Positions 49,109-57,282 of a DNA stretch of 57,282 nucleotides are shown in pieces. Within the stretch, counting starts at the first letter, position 1, and each line of letters opens with the position of its first letter. This DNA is from a virus (taxonomy: Duplodnaviria > Caudoviricetes). A program made the position numbers and the translations under genes. The notes beneath the pieces are model-generated. The model was given only the letters and a program-made list of their open reading frames with translations, did not search any database and was not told the DNA's origin. The DNA lies in IMG/VR virus record IMGVR_UViG_3300026123_000005, positions 1-57,282 of that record. One strand, written 5' to 3'.

Positions 49109-49793
49109 TGTATTACAACTTGCTGCTGGAAAAGGAAGTAGATTCAAAGATTATAGTGATGTGCCTAAACCATTTATTGAGGTAGATGGCGAACCTATGT
49201 TTTTGCGAGCATTTAAAAGTATGCATTTATCAAATGTACGCTATCATGTGTTGTTCCAAGAAGACCATATTGAAAAATATAATCCTGAGCAATATGTGCC
49301 TGATGCTATAATTCATAGCATAGACCATTACACAGATGGCGCAGCAACCAGTGCGTATAGCGTTATAGCTTATAGTCCATTTAAACATGAGCAATGGTTA
49401 ATAATAGACTGCGATTTCATATTAGATACTAATGTTGAATTACCAAGTACTAGTGGAATAGTAGTACAGCATCATCCATGGGATATTAAAAGTAGTTACT
49501 CCTATATAGATAGTGATAATAAAATAAAGGCAGTTGCCGAAAAACAGACTATTAGTGAGTATAGAAATACGGGACACTATTTGTGGGAAACTGGAGAGTT
49601 ATTTACCGAATGTTACGAATTTTATAAAAATAACAAGTTGACACAGATGAATGAATTTTATTTAAGTCCGTTGTACAATTACGCTATAAATAAAAGAAAA
49701 GATGTATTGCCTATATACATTGATAATTATGTTCCGATAGGAACACCGGCAGACTTAGAATCTTATAATGAAAAAAGAAACACTGATATTTGA
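49101..49793 (+). CDS. Sugar-phosphate nucleotidyltransferase (NTP_transferase family)
   Basis: 'AAGKGSRF..PKPFIEVDG.PM', 'IIDCD', 'VAEK..IS', 'NEFYLSP.YN', 'IGTPADL'. Confidence 0.85.
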   Translation: MINVLQLAAGKGSRFKDYSDVPKPFIEVDGEPMFLRAFKSMHLSNVRYHVLFQEDHIEKYNPEQYVPDAIIHSIDHYTDGAATSAYSVIAYSPFKHEQWLIIDCDFILDTNVELPSTSGIVVQHHPWDIKSSYSYIDSDNKIKAVAEKQTISEYRNTGHYLWETGELFTECYEFYKNNKLTQMNEFYLSPLYNYAINKRKDVLPIYIDNYVPIGTPADLESYNEKRNTDI

Positions 49794-50370
49794 TTTAGAC
49801 GGAACATTAGTTGATGCCAAGGAATTACATCATGTCAGTTTTGAGTGGGCTCTTCAACAACAAGATAAATCTTTTAAATTAACAGATGATAAACGAGTTC
49901 TAACCGAGGGATTGCCAACTCTGAATAAAGTTAAAGTTTTAAATCAATTTGGATATGATTTTGACGCAGAAAAAGTTTATTACGATAAACAAACACACAC
50001 CGACTTGCATATTCATATGGTAAGTTGGAATAAAGGTCTGCCGTCTATCTTAAATAAATTAAGTGAAAAATACAACATGGCAATCGTTAGTAACGCAAGA
50101 GGACATTTTGTTTATAGTGTTGTTTCTTTAATGAATATAACTAAATTTGATTTAATTTTGCCTGCTAATTTTTTCCCAATGAATAATAGAAAACCATCGC
50201 CTTTTCCATTTAATACAGTAATACAGTCATTGGAAGTTGATCCAGAGTTTGTGACTATATATGAAGATAGCCCAACAGGCATAACCGCTGCCAAAAATAG
50301 TATAGCAAAAACTGTCATAGAAGTAAAGAATAGTGACGATACATATGCTCATCTAGAGAAACTATTATGA
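49768..50370 (+). CDS. HAD-family phosphatase/phosphomutase
   Basis: 'FDLDGTLVD', 'VSN', 'KPSP', 'EDSPTG'. Confidence 0.88.
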   Translation: MKKETLIFDLDGTLVDAKELHHVSFEWALQQQDKSFKLTDDKRVLTEGLPTLNKVKVLNQFGYDFDAEKVYYDKQTHTDLHIHMVSWNKGLPSILNKLSEKYNMAIVSNARGHFVYSVVSLMNITKFDLILPANFFPMNNRKPSPFPFNTVIQSLEVDPEFVTIYEDSPTGITAAKNSIAKTVIEVKNSDDTYAHLEKLL

Positions 50371-50792
50371 AAAAAATAGCACACAGAGGCAACTATGCTG
50401 GCATTCAACCAGATAGAGAAAATACAATAGAATATATTCAAGAAGCACTATCTCTGGGATACTGGGTAGAATGCGATATACAAACTACTCAAAATGGATT
50501 ATATTTCGGCCATGATGAACCACAAGAACCATTAGATTATAAGATAGTGATGCACCCTCGTGTGATATGCCATGCTAAAGACACAAACGCATTAACACGA
50601 TTATTAGATTTAGGAGCACATTGTTTTTGGCACGAAGAAGATAATGTCACATTAACTAGTCAAGGATACATCTGGTGTTATCCTGGTGTACATCCAAAAC
50701 ATGAATCGGCTATATGGTTAGACTTACAGGACAAAGCACTACCTGAAAATACATCTGGCATATGGGGAATATGCTCAGATAAATTTGAATGA
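50367..50792 (+). CDS. Minimal glycerophosphodiester phosphodiesterase-like protein
   Basis: 'IAHRGN...EN', 'VECDI', 'GHD.PQ', 'HAK', 'FWH..D..TLTS.GYIW', 'GICSD'. Confidence 0.75.
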   Translation: MKKIAHRGNYAGIQPDRENTIEYIQEALSLGYWVECDIQTTQNGLYFGHDEPQEPLDYKIVMHPRVICHAKDTNALTRLLDLGAHCFWHEEDNVTLTSQGYIWCYPGVHPKHESAIWLDLQDKALPENTSGIWGICSDKFE

Positions 50793-51369
50793 AATGTTAT
50801 TAATATTTGATTTTGATGGGACTCTAGTAGAATTAGAAGATATGCAAAACAGCGCCTATGACGCTGTTTTTCGTCATTACGACATAGAGTTTGATATTCG
50901 TGCTATTAAACCAGGAGTATCAATAACACAAAAAATGGATATGCTTGAAACGCTTGGATATTCTTTTGATAGAGAAGAGTTCCAACGTATGAGAGACGCA
51001 TGGGTAGTTAATAATGTTGGGAACTATCTTTCTTATTCTGAGCCATTGCAATCATCTATTAAACAACTATCAAGAAAACATGTATTAGCAATAGCCACGA
51101 ATGCTGGTAAAGAATATGTTATGCGGGCATTAGATATACTTGAAATATCACACTATTTTTCCAAAATAAATACATTTACCGACTATCCCGCTAAACCGAA
51201 TCCAGAAATATTTCTTGATTGTATGCGAGCAACGGGATTCGCTAAAGATAATACTGTTATATTTGAAGATAGTCCAAGCGGTATCGCCGCCGCAGAAAAA
51301 ACAGGCGCAACGATTGAAATAACAACAGGTGTGATAGATACACTCTGTAAAATGGCAAAATACAAATGA
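50785..51369 (+). CDS. HAD-family phosphatase/phosphomutase (second copy)
   Basis: 'FDFDGTLV', 'ATN', 'KPNPEIF', 'FEDSPSGI.AA'. Confidence 0.88.
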   Translation: MNEMLLIFDFDGTLVELEDMQNSAYDAVFRHYDIEFDIRAIKPGVSITQKMDMLETLGYSFDREEFQRMRDAWVVNNVGNYLSYSEPLQSSIKQLSRKHVLAIATNAGKEYVMRALDILEISHYFSKINTFTDYPAKPNPEIFLDCMRATGFAKDNTVIFEDSPSGIAAAEKTGATIEITTGVIDTLCKMAKYK

Positions 51370-51866
51370 TTTTTGATTGGAAACGAATAGAAAAAATAGC
51401 TAACTCCGCTAGATGGTCAGAAACAATGGCTAACTTTATTGTAGAGTTTCGCAAAGCTAAAACAGTTGGATATATAGCACACGGTGGCAATCTAGGAATA
51501 GCTGACCATGCAGCAATAGATGCTACACGCCACACCGAAAAAATGTGTTATGCTCCTGGTAGTGGCGTTGTCGCCACAAGTCTCTTCAATGACTGTGGTG
51601 ATGATTGGCAAAAAAGCTGGATAGAACATACAAAACTTGATGCCTACATTATTATTACAACAACAGGAAAAGCCGAGAGCATTACTCGGGCAGTGACATA
51701 TTTGGAAGATAACAATATTCCTCATTTAGTGATAACAGGAAGACCACACTTTGCACATGAAGTAGTTTTAGATTTAGAGTACTATCATGAAATGGAAGTA
51801 GCGGCATTGGCTACGACATACAATATATTAGATTTAGCAGGTTATACATGTCCGAAGATTCCTTAA
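51366..51866 (+). CDS. SIS-domain sugar-phosphate isomerase (GmhA-like)
   Basis: 'HGGNLGIADH.A.D', 'ND', 'TTTGK..SI.RA', 'ITG', 'E' pattern of GmhA-type SIS proteins. Confidence 0.65.
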   Translation: MIFDWKRIEKIANSARWSETMANFIVEFRKAKTVGYIAHGGNLGIADHAAIDATRHTEKMCYAPGSGVVATSLFNDCGDDWQKSWIEHTKLDAYIIITTTGKAESITRAVTYLEDNNIPHLVITGRPHFAHEVVLDLEYYHEMEVAALATTYNILDLAGYTCPKIP

Positions 51867-52579
51867 AAATAGCGGCATTGCAAACAGCCCGAGCAGGCAG
51901 TAAAAGCATACCTAAAAAGAATCTACTTGAAGTAGCAATGCATCCTTTATTTGCACATAGTATTATGGCGGCAAACGAATGCGATAAGATACAATCGGTG
52001 TGGTGCTCAACAGACGATAATAAAATAAAAGAATATAGTGAGTTCTATAACTTTAATGTCATTGACAGACCGCCAGAGCTAGCAACAGATGTGTGCAGTC
52101 ATCTAGATACTATTAGACATGGCATAGTAGAGATTGAAAATAAAATAGGCAGACAAGACGTTATTGTATTGTTATTAGGAAATGTATCGGGTGTAGACGC
52201 TGATGCATTAAGCGAAGCTATTGACATGCTAGAAGATTACGATAGTGTGGTATCTGTTAGTAAGTTTAATATGTTTAATCCATTCCGAGCAATGACAATA
52301 TCTGATAACACATTAGAAACATTTATACCACAAGAAACTATTGTAAGTGAAATACAAGCCAACGACAAAAATAGTGCCGGTGATATTTACTACTGTAACG
52401 GCAACTTTTGGATTATGAAACGTGATGTTGTATTCCAAGATGACAATAAGTTGCCATTTCAGTGGCTAGGCAAACGCATTAGACCGTATGTACAAGATGT
52501 ATTTTTAGAGTTAGATGCTCCATGGCAACAGGAATATGTTATGCGGTCTATAAAAAATAAAAAGACACAGTATAAATAA
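51848..52579 (+). CDS. Acylneuraminate/KDO-type cytidylyltransferase (NeuA/KdsB-like)
   Basis: 'ARAGSKSIPKKN', 'STDD', 'RPPELATD', 'YYCNG', 'ELD'. Confidence 0.85.
   Translation: MSEDSLKIAALQTARAGSKSIPKKNLLEVAMHPLFAHSIMAANECDKIQSVWCSTDDNKIKEYSEFYNFNVIDRPPELATDVCSHLDTIRHGIVEIENKIGRQDVIVLLLGNVSGVDADALSEAIDMLEDYDSVVSVSKFNMFNPFRAMTISDNTLETFIPQETIVSEIQANDKNSAGDIYYCNGNFWIMKRDVVFQDDNKLPFQWLGKRIRPYVQDVFLELDAPWQQEYVMRSIKNKKTQYK
52571..52578 (+). promoter_or_regulatory. Late promoter TATAAATA upstream of carbamoyltransferase
   Basis: Exact consensus about 40 nt upstream of ATG 52619. Confidence 0.6.
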
Positions 52580-52618
52580 ACATATATTCAAACTTTTATT
52601 CTAACAGGAACATAATCT

Positions 52619-54160
52619 ATGATACGCTGGGGCATAACAGCTAACAGTCACGATGCAAGCGTGGCAGTATTCAGAGACACTGAGTTATTATTTGCGGCTC
52701 ATAGTGAGCGCAGTAGCGGCAAGAAAAATGACGCATATTTAAATGATACAATAATTAATCAAGCATTAGAATTTGGCCAGCCAGATGAAATACACTGGTA
52801 CGAAAATCATTGGCTAAAACGCTTACGCCAGCTTCGCTCTGGTCAATACAAATTAGCATTCAATAAACCTACACCAAGCGCAACACTGGAGCCGTATGGC
52901 ATTCATCAAACAGATTGGTTAAGCGAATCTATCAGTGATGGCCCATTAGCTGGCTCACGATTCGTCAATCACAAACATCATAACACACATGCGGCTGCTG
53001 GTTGGTACACAGCTCCATTTGATAAGGGCGCAGTAATTGTTATTGATGCTATTGGCGAGTTTGAAACACTAACACTTTGGCAAGGCGAAGGAAATAAACT
53101 AACAAAAGTACGCAGTCAAGGATATCCACACAGCATAGGACTATGGTACTCAGCAATGACACAACGCTGTGGATTAAAACCCAATGAAGAAGAATACATT
53201 CTTATGGGCATGGCAGCAGTGGGAGACCCTAATAGATTCAAAGATAAGATATTTAATGACTTCTTTGAACCATTAGATTACACTGGTAAGTTTGAAGTAA
53301 AATTCAAGCATGATTTGCACCGTGGTTGTCGTTGGTGGGAACCAGAGTTGAACACAATGCAGGATATCGCAGACATTGCGGCAGGCACACAGGCAGTATA
53401 TGAAATGGTATTTGAGCATCTATTAGTACAAGCTAATCTTATAACAGGTGAACATAATGTTGTACTAATGGGAGGATGTGCGTTAAACTGTGTAGCTAAT
53501 GGCTTAGCAGGCAAACATTTTGACCGTGTATGGATTATGCCTAATCCGGGTGATGCGGGTTCATCTGTTGGTGCAGTGTTAGATGAGATACGAGTTAAAG
53601 TCCCATATACTACGCCGTATTTGGGATACGAGATTAAGGGTAAATATCCTGTCAAGGCAGCTATGAAAGAGTTGCTTGACGGTGGCATGGTAGGTGTCGC
53701 AAATGGTAAAGCTGAGTTCGGGCCCAGAGCACTTGGGAACCGTTCACTCATTGCGGACCCACGAGGACAGCACATGAAGGACAAGGTCAACTCTGTGAAG
53801 AGGCGCCAAGCATTCCGCCCATTTGCTCCGATGATTAAATTGGAGAAAGTACACGACTACTTTGAAATGCCACCTGGCTGCGAGGCCAGCCCTTATATGC
53901 AATTTGTTGGGTTATGTAAGTTCCCAGATGAATACCCAGCGATTACGCACTTAGACGGAACCAGTCGTGTTCAAACAGTGACACGAGAAGACCACCCAGA
54001 GTTGTACGAGTTACTAACTGTATGGGAAGAGGCGACTGGATGCCCAATACTACTTAATACGAGCCTTAATATAAAAGGCGAGCCTATGGTAGATAATGAG
54101 CAAGACGCTCAACGATGGCATGAAAAATATGGTGTGCCAGTTGTAATAAAGGATGACTGA
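52619..54160 (+). CDS. O-carbamoyltransferase (NodU/CmcH/TobZ family)
   Basis: 'HDAS', 'HHNTHAA', 'DAIGE', 'MGMA', 'GGCALNC', 'GDAG', 'EFGPRALGNRS', 'FRPFAP', 'H.DGTSR.QTV', 'LLNTSLN.KGEP'. Confidence 0.95.
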   Translation: MIRWGITANSHDASVAVFRDTELLFAAHSERSSGKKNDAYLNDTIINQALEFGQPDEIHWYENHWLKRLRQLRSGQYKLAFNKPTPSATLEPYGIHQTDWLSESISDGPLAGSRFVNHKHHNTHAAAGWYTAPFDKGAVIVIDAIGEFETLTLWQGEGNKLTKVRSQGYPHSIGLWYSAMTQRCGLKPNEEEYILMGMAAVGDPNRFKDKIFNDFFEPLDYTGKFEVKFKHDLHRGCRWWEPELNTMQDIADIAAGTQAVYEMVFEHLLVQANLITGEHNVVLMGGCALNCVANGLAGKHFDRVWIMPNPGDAGSSVGAVLDEIRVKVPYTTPYLGYEIKGKYPVKAAMKELLDGGMVGVANGKAEFGPRALGNRSLIADPRGQHMKDKVNSVKRRQAFRPFAPMIKLEKVHDYFEMPPGCEASPYMQFVGLCKFPDEYPAITHLDGTSRVQTVTREDHPELYELLTVWEEATGCPILLNTSLNIKGEPMVDNEQDAQRWHEKYGVPVVIKDD

Positions 54161-54161
54161 T

Positions 54162-54275
54162 ATGTTTAACCCTATAAAGTGGATTAAAAAGAAAATCGCA
54201 GAATATAAGTATAAAAAGAAAATGAAAGAAAAACTTAAGAAACTACAGGAACAAGACCCTTACATTTACGATTGA
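54162..54275 (+). CDS. 37-aa Lys-rich peptide ending 'DPYIYD' (not in the ORF track)
   Basis: ATG 2 nt after the carbamoyltransferase stop, fills the gap to the next gene: MFNPIKWIKKKIAEYKYKKKMKEKLKKLQEQDPYIYD. Confidence 0.7.
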   Translation: MFNPIKWIKKKIAEYKYKKKMKEKLKKLQEQDPYIYD

Positions 54276-54277
54276 TT

Positions 54278-54700
54278 ATGAAAATATTAATAATGGGATT
54301 GCCAGGCGCTGGTAAAACAACACTAGCAGAACCACTCGTAGAAGCATTAGACGCAGTATGGTTCAACGCAGACAAAATACGCGAAAAATACGATGATTGG
54401 GATTTCAGTGAAGAAGGCAGAATCCGTCAAGCTAATCGTATGAGAGATTTATGTGACGCAGTAGTAGCAAATGGAGGAATAGCAGTAGCAGACTTTGTTG
54501 CTCCTACACCACAATCAAGAAAAGACTTCAATCCAGACTTTTTAATATGGGTAGATACCATAGCAGAGAGTAGATACGAAGACACAAACAAAATATTTGT
54601 TGAACCAACCCGAAACGAAATAGATTGGATAGTTCGTGACTGGGATTGGGAAGTAGACGAAATCGTTCGTAAGATACGAAAACACGCTAAAGGTAAATAA
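54278..54700 (+). CDS. Adenylyl-sulfate kinase-like P-loop protein
   Basis: 'MGLPGAGKTT', 'NADKIR', 'DFSEEGRIRQ', 'FVAP', 'FVEP'. Confidence 0.75.
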   Translation: MKILIMGLPGAGKTTLAEPLVEALDAVWFNADKIREKYDDWDFSEEGRIRQANRMRDLCDAVVANGGIAVADFVAPTPQSRKDFNPDFLIWVDTIAESRYEDTNKIFVEPTRNEIDWIVRDWDWEVDEIVRKIRKHAKGK

Positions 54701-54701
54701 T

Positions 54702-54901
54702 ATGTTTGATAAACTAAAAACTTTTTCACATTTGACTTTCAAGGATGGGCAAGTGACCGTCTTAAAGAAAGAAGCACATTAGATGGAGCAGTACTGGTAG
54801 TTGCTAGTTTAGCATTTTTGCTGTTTGAACCTATCGCAACAATCATAGCATACATTGCGCTTATCTATGGTATATGGACAATCATCAAAGAGGATTGGTA
54901 A
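54702..54901 (+). pseudogene. Small two-TM membrane protein with a 1-nt frameshift near its 5' end
   Basis: ATG 54702 (MFDKLK) joins the -1 frame ...FFTFDFQGWASDRLKERSTLDGAVLVVASLAFLLFEPIATIIAYIALIYGIWTIIKEDW* if one base is added in the A5/T5 runs at 54716-54726. Confidence 0.65.
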
Positions 54902-55362
54902 TGTTTGATTGGCAAAAACCCACAACACAAATGCTAGGCAGATGGCAACCATGGCACGCTGGACATACTGAGTTATTTGAACGAGCATTACTTGAAACAG
55001 GACAAGTGTGTATAATGGTTCGTGATGTAGGCGGTATAGTAGGCGCTGATGCTGGAGCTGGTAGAACCGCAGCACAGAATGATAATCCATTTAACTTTAA
55101 AGAAGTTAAAGCAGGTATCATTCATGGATTATGGGAAGCTGGCTATCGTGAAGGCGAGCATTATATTATCATACAGGTGCCTAACATAGTTGATATCAGT
55201 TATGGTCGTGGTGTAGGATATACATTCACAGAGCACGATTTAGGCGAAGAGATACATGCGATAAGTGCTACAAAGATTCGTGCTAAGATGCGAGAGGACG
55301 GCGTCCTAGACGCATATAACGATGAAAGACTGGTTACTATAAAAGACAAAGAAAATAAATAA
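54901..55362 (+). CDS. HxGH nucleotidyltransferase (cytidyltransferase-like)
   Basis: 'LGRWQPWHAGH', 'NPF', 'YGRGVGY', 'ISATKIR'; ATG overlaps the upstream TAA. Confidence 0.8.
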   Translation: MFDWQKPTTQMLGRWQPWHAGHTELFERALLETGQVCIMVRDVGGIVGADAGAGRTAAQNDNPFNFKEVKAGIIHGLWEAGYREGEHYIIIQVPNIVDISYGRGVGYTFTEHDLGEEIHAISATKIRAKMREDGVLDAYNDERLVTIKDKENK

Positions 55363-55366
55363 TAAT

Positions 55367-55771
55367 ATGTTCTTAGGTACCAATTTGACATATTGTATAA
55401 GTGATATTCTATCAGGTGAGATAGACCATTCTGATGTGTTTTGTATTGTCACTACAGAAATGGGTGACCTCAAAGACAAAGACGAAATACAAGACTGGTA
55501 CGGTAGAAATGTCCATCGTGGAATATCTGCCAGTCAATACAACCGATTAGCTGAGTTTAGCATTAAAGAAACGCTTGACTTATACAATGAGCTAGTCTAT
55601 AATGGTACAATAGTAAATAAACCATACGCAGTGGCATTCAATGACCGCGCACTAGGAATGAAGATAGGTGCGCCACATTGGTATTCATTGTGTATCATGC
55701 CAGATGATATGGTTCCAGCTGTGAAAGAAGCGTGGGACTACTTCAAATATATTGAAAAACTTACAAAGTAA
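55367..55771 (+). CDS. Hypothetical protein
   Basis: 134-aa ORF in the operon. Confidence 0.7.
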   Translation: MFLGTNLTYCISDILSGEIDHSDVFCIVTTEMGDLKDKDEIQDWYGRNVHRGISASQYNRLAEFSIKETLDLYNELVYNGTIVNKPYAVAFNDRALGMKIGAPHWYSLCIMPDDMVPAVKEAWDYFKYIEKLTK

Positions 55772-55779
55772 GGTAACAC

Positions 55780-56460
55780 ATGAACTTTAAAATCCTGAAT
55801 GAATTAGACCGTATTCTAAAGGCTAATCCATCTCTATTAAATGACAGAGAATCGTTTTGTCAAGTAATTAATGGAACATTTGATGTTGACCTTGATTTTT
55901 TGCCCGTTAATAATATTGCTATGACAGCCGCACTAATAAATGACCGAGTGTTAGAGTTATACTTTAGCAAAGTGTGGCAACCAGAAACCAAGAAATACAA
56001 ATACAGTGGTCTAGCAATTATTGATGAAATCAATGCTATGAATCCATCAAGTGTTATTGATGTGGGTTGCGGCTATAACGAGTTTAAAGGCAAGATTCAT
56101 AACTTAATAGGTATTGACCCGTACAACAATAGAGCAGATATGAAATGCGCTATTGAAGATTATACCACTGATGTACAACATGATGTGGCTATCTGCTTAG
56201 GCAGTATTAACTTTGGTAGTAGTGAGCGCATCATTAAAGAAATGACTAAAGTTGTTGAGTGTGTTAAATCAGGCGGCAAGTTATACTTCCGTGTAAATCC
56301 TGGATTACAACATGAAGCACCTGAAAGTCGCTGGATTAACTTCTATGACTGGGACCCTGTGTTTATCAGTAACATAGCACAGACGCTTGGTTGTAGTGTT
56401 GAAACTATCCGACAAGATGTTGGAAATCGTATTTACTTTGTGTTAAACAAAGATAAATAG
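55780..56460 (+). CDS. Class I SAM-dependent methyltransferase
   Basis: 'VIDVGCG', 'GIDP', 'DVAICLGSINF', 'KSGG.LYF'. Confidence 0.8.
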   Translation: MNFKILNELDRILKANPSLLNDRESFCQVINGTFDVDLDFLPVNNIAMTAALINDRVLELYFSKVWQPETKKYKYSGLAIIDEINAMNPSSVIDVGCGYNEFKGKIHNLIGIDPYNNRADMKCAIEDYTTDVQHDVAICLGSINFGSSERIIKEMTKVVECVKSGGKLYFRVNPGLQHEAPESRWINFYDWDPVFISNIAQTLGCSVETIRQDVGNRIYFVLNKDK

Positions 56461-56520
56461 AACTACAAACAAGATAGACTATCTTGGGATAACGACTGTT
56501 ATCCATGAACAGAGTTGTTC
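56452..56520 (+). promoter_or_regulatory. Late-promoter motif followed by tandem leader hairpins
   Basis: GATAAATA 56452-56459; CAAGATA-GAC-TATCTTG (56470-56486) and GGATAAC-GACT-GTTATCC (56487-56504). Confidence 0.5.
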
Positions 56521-56569
56521 TCCACTCAGAAAAAATAAACCTTTTAAATCTATAATGGAGAAATCTTAA

Positions 56570-57282
56570 ATGAAAAAACTACTAACTGGCGCAGCGGTAG
56601 CGCTTGCAATTACCGCACAAACAGCATTTGCTGACTTTACTTTTATTGTTCCACAGAAGCCAGGTTCTGGTACATCTGTATGGACTGAGATTGTTGCTAA
56701 GGAACTAGAAAAGCACCTAGGCGAAAAGATTGTTATTCGTAACATTCCTGGTGCAAACGATATTCCAGGCTTCAACAAGTTCCACAACGATTACCAAGAC
56801 GATGACAAAGTTGTAATGGTATCACACGGCGGTAACGGTGTGTCTTACCTAGTAGACGAAGTTGACTACGACTACTACCAGTATGACCCAATCGGCATGA
56901 TGAACCTAACAATCATCAACGGTTATCGTGAAGAAATTGACCCATACAAAGATAAAATCATCTTTTCTGCTGGTTCTGGTATGAATCCAGATATGATGGC
57001 TCACATCCTACTAAAAGGTGGACCAGGTCTAACTATGGAACGTGCTAAAGAAATCTTTGCAAACGATTACGTGTTTGTTAAAGGCATGTCAGGTGGTGAG
57101 CGCCGTCTAGGTTACCAACGTGGTGAGCTAAACGTTACTCGTGAATCTACTGCGGCTTACAACAAATACTACACTGATGCTCCTTACTCAAAAGTATGGT
57201 TCTCACAAGGTGTCTACAACCTAGAGACTGGCGAAATTGACTCCGACCCTAACTGGCCGAACCAATCAATTCATGAAGTGTT
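56570..57282 (+). CDS. TctC/Bug-like periplasmic solute-binding protein (partial, runs off the window; not in the ORF track)
   Basis: GGAG SD; signal peptide MKKLLTGAAVALAITAQTAFA; 'FIVPQKPGSGTSVW..IVAKELEKHLGEKIVIRNIPGA' matches the TctC N-terminal pattern. Confidence 0.75.
   Translation, partial: MKKLLTGAAVALAITAQTAFADFTFIVPQKPGSGTSVWTEIVAKELEKHLGEKIVIRNIPGANDIPGFNKFHNDYQDDDKVVMVSHGGNGVSYLVDEVDYDYYQYDPIGMMNLTIINGYREEIDPYKDKIIFSAGSGMNPDMMAHILLKGGPGLTMERAKEIFANDYVFVKGMSGGERRLGYQRGELNVTRESTAAYNKYYTDAPYSKVWFSQGVYNLETGEIDSDPNWPNQSIHEV

Noticed and set aside
1-57282. Stop-codon reassignment, tRNA genes, integrase/transposase, reverse transcriptase or DGR
   Set aside because: Long intact ORFs in the standard code use TAA, TGA and TAG as stops; no cloverleaf, recombinase or RT motif was recognised by eye.

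Overview
This window is a gene-dense, AT-rich, standard-code segment of a large T4-like (myovirus/jumbo-type) phage genome. The minus-strand left arm carries head genes (scaffold, gp21-like protease, acidic core protein, gp20-like portal) and two tandem tape-measure-like proteins. Next come a gp26-like gene with a startless gp51-like ORF reachable by a -1 slippery site, and an ~800-nt hairpin-rich non-coding region. A sigma70-promoter-driven operon then encodes gp55-like late sigma, gp47/gp46 and a Holliday junction resolvase. A plus-strand baseplate/tail module (gp53, hub, gp5/VgrG-like spike, lysozyme-like, HNH, gp25, gp6, 3327-aa wedge protein, fibre proteins) follows. The last ~16 kb is an accessory cluster of glycosyltransferase-like, nucleotide-sugar, carbamoyltransferase, APS-kinase-like and methyltransferase genes with DHFR/ThyA, ending in a truncated TctC/Bug-like solute-binding protein. 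The strongest novelty candidates are the large structured non-coding element (13130-13872), the putative gp26/gp51 programmed frameshift and the glycan-tailoring cluster. All assignments come from motif recognition and gene context; no searches were run.
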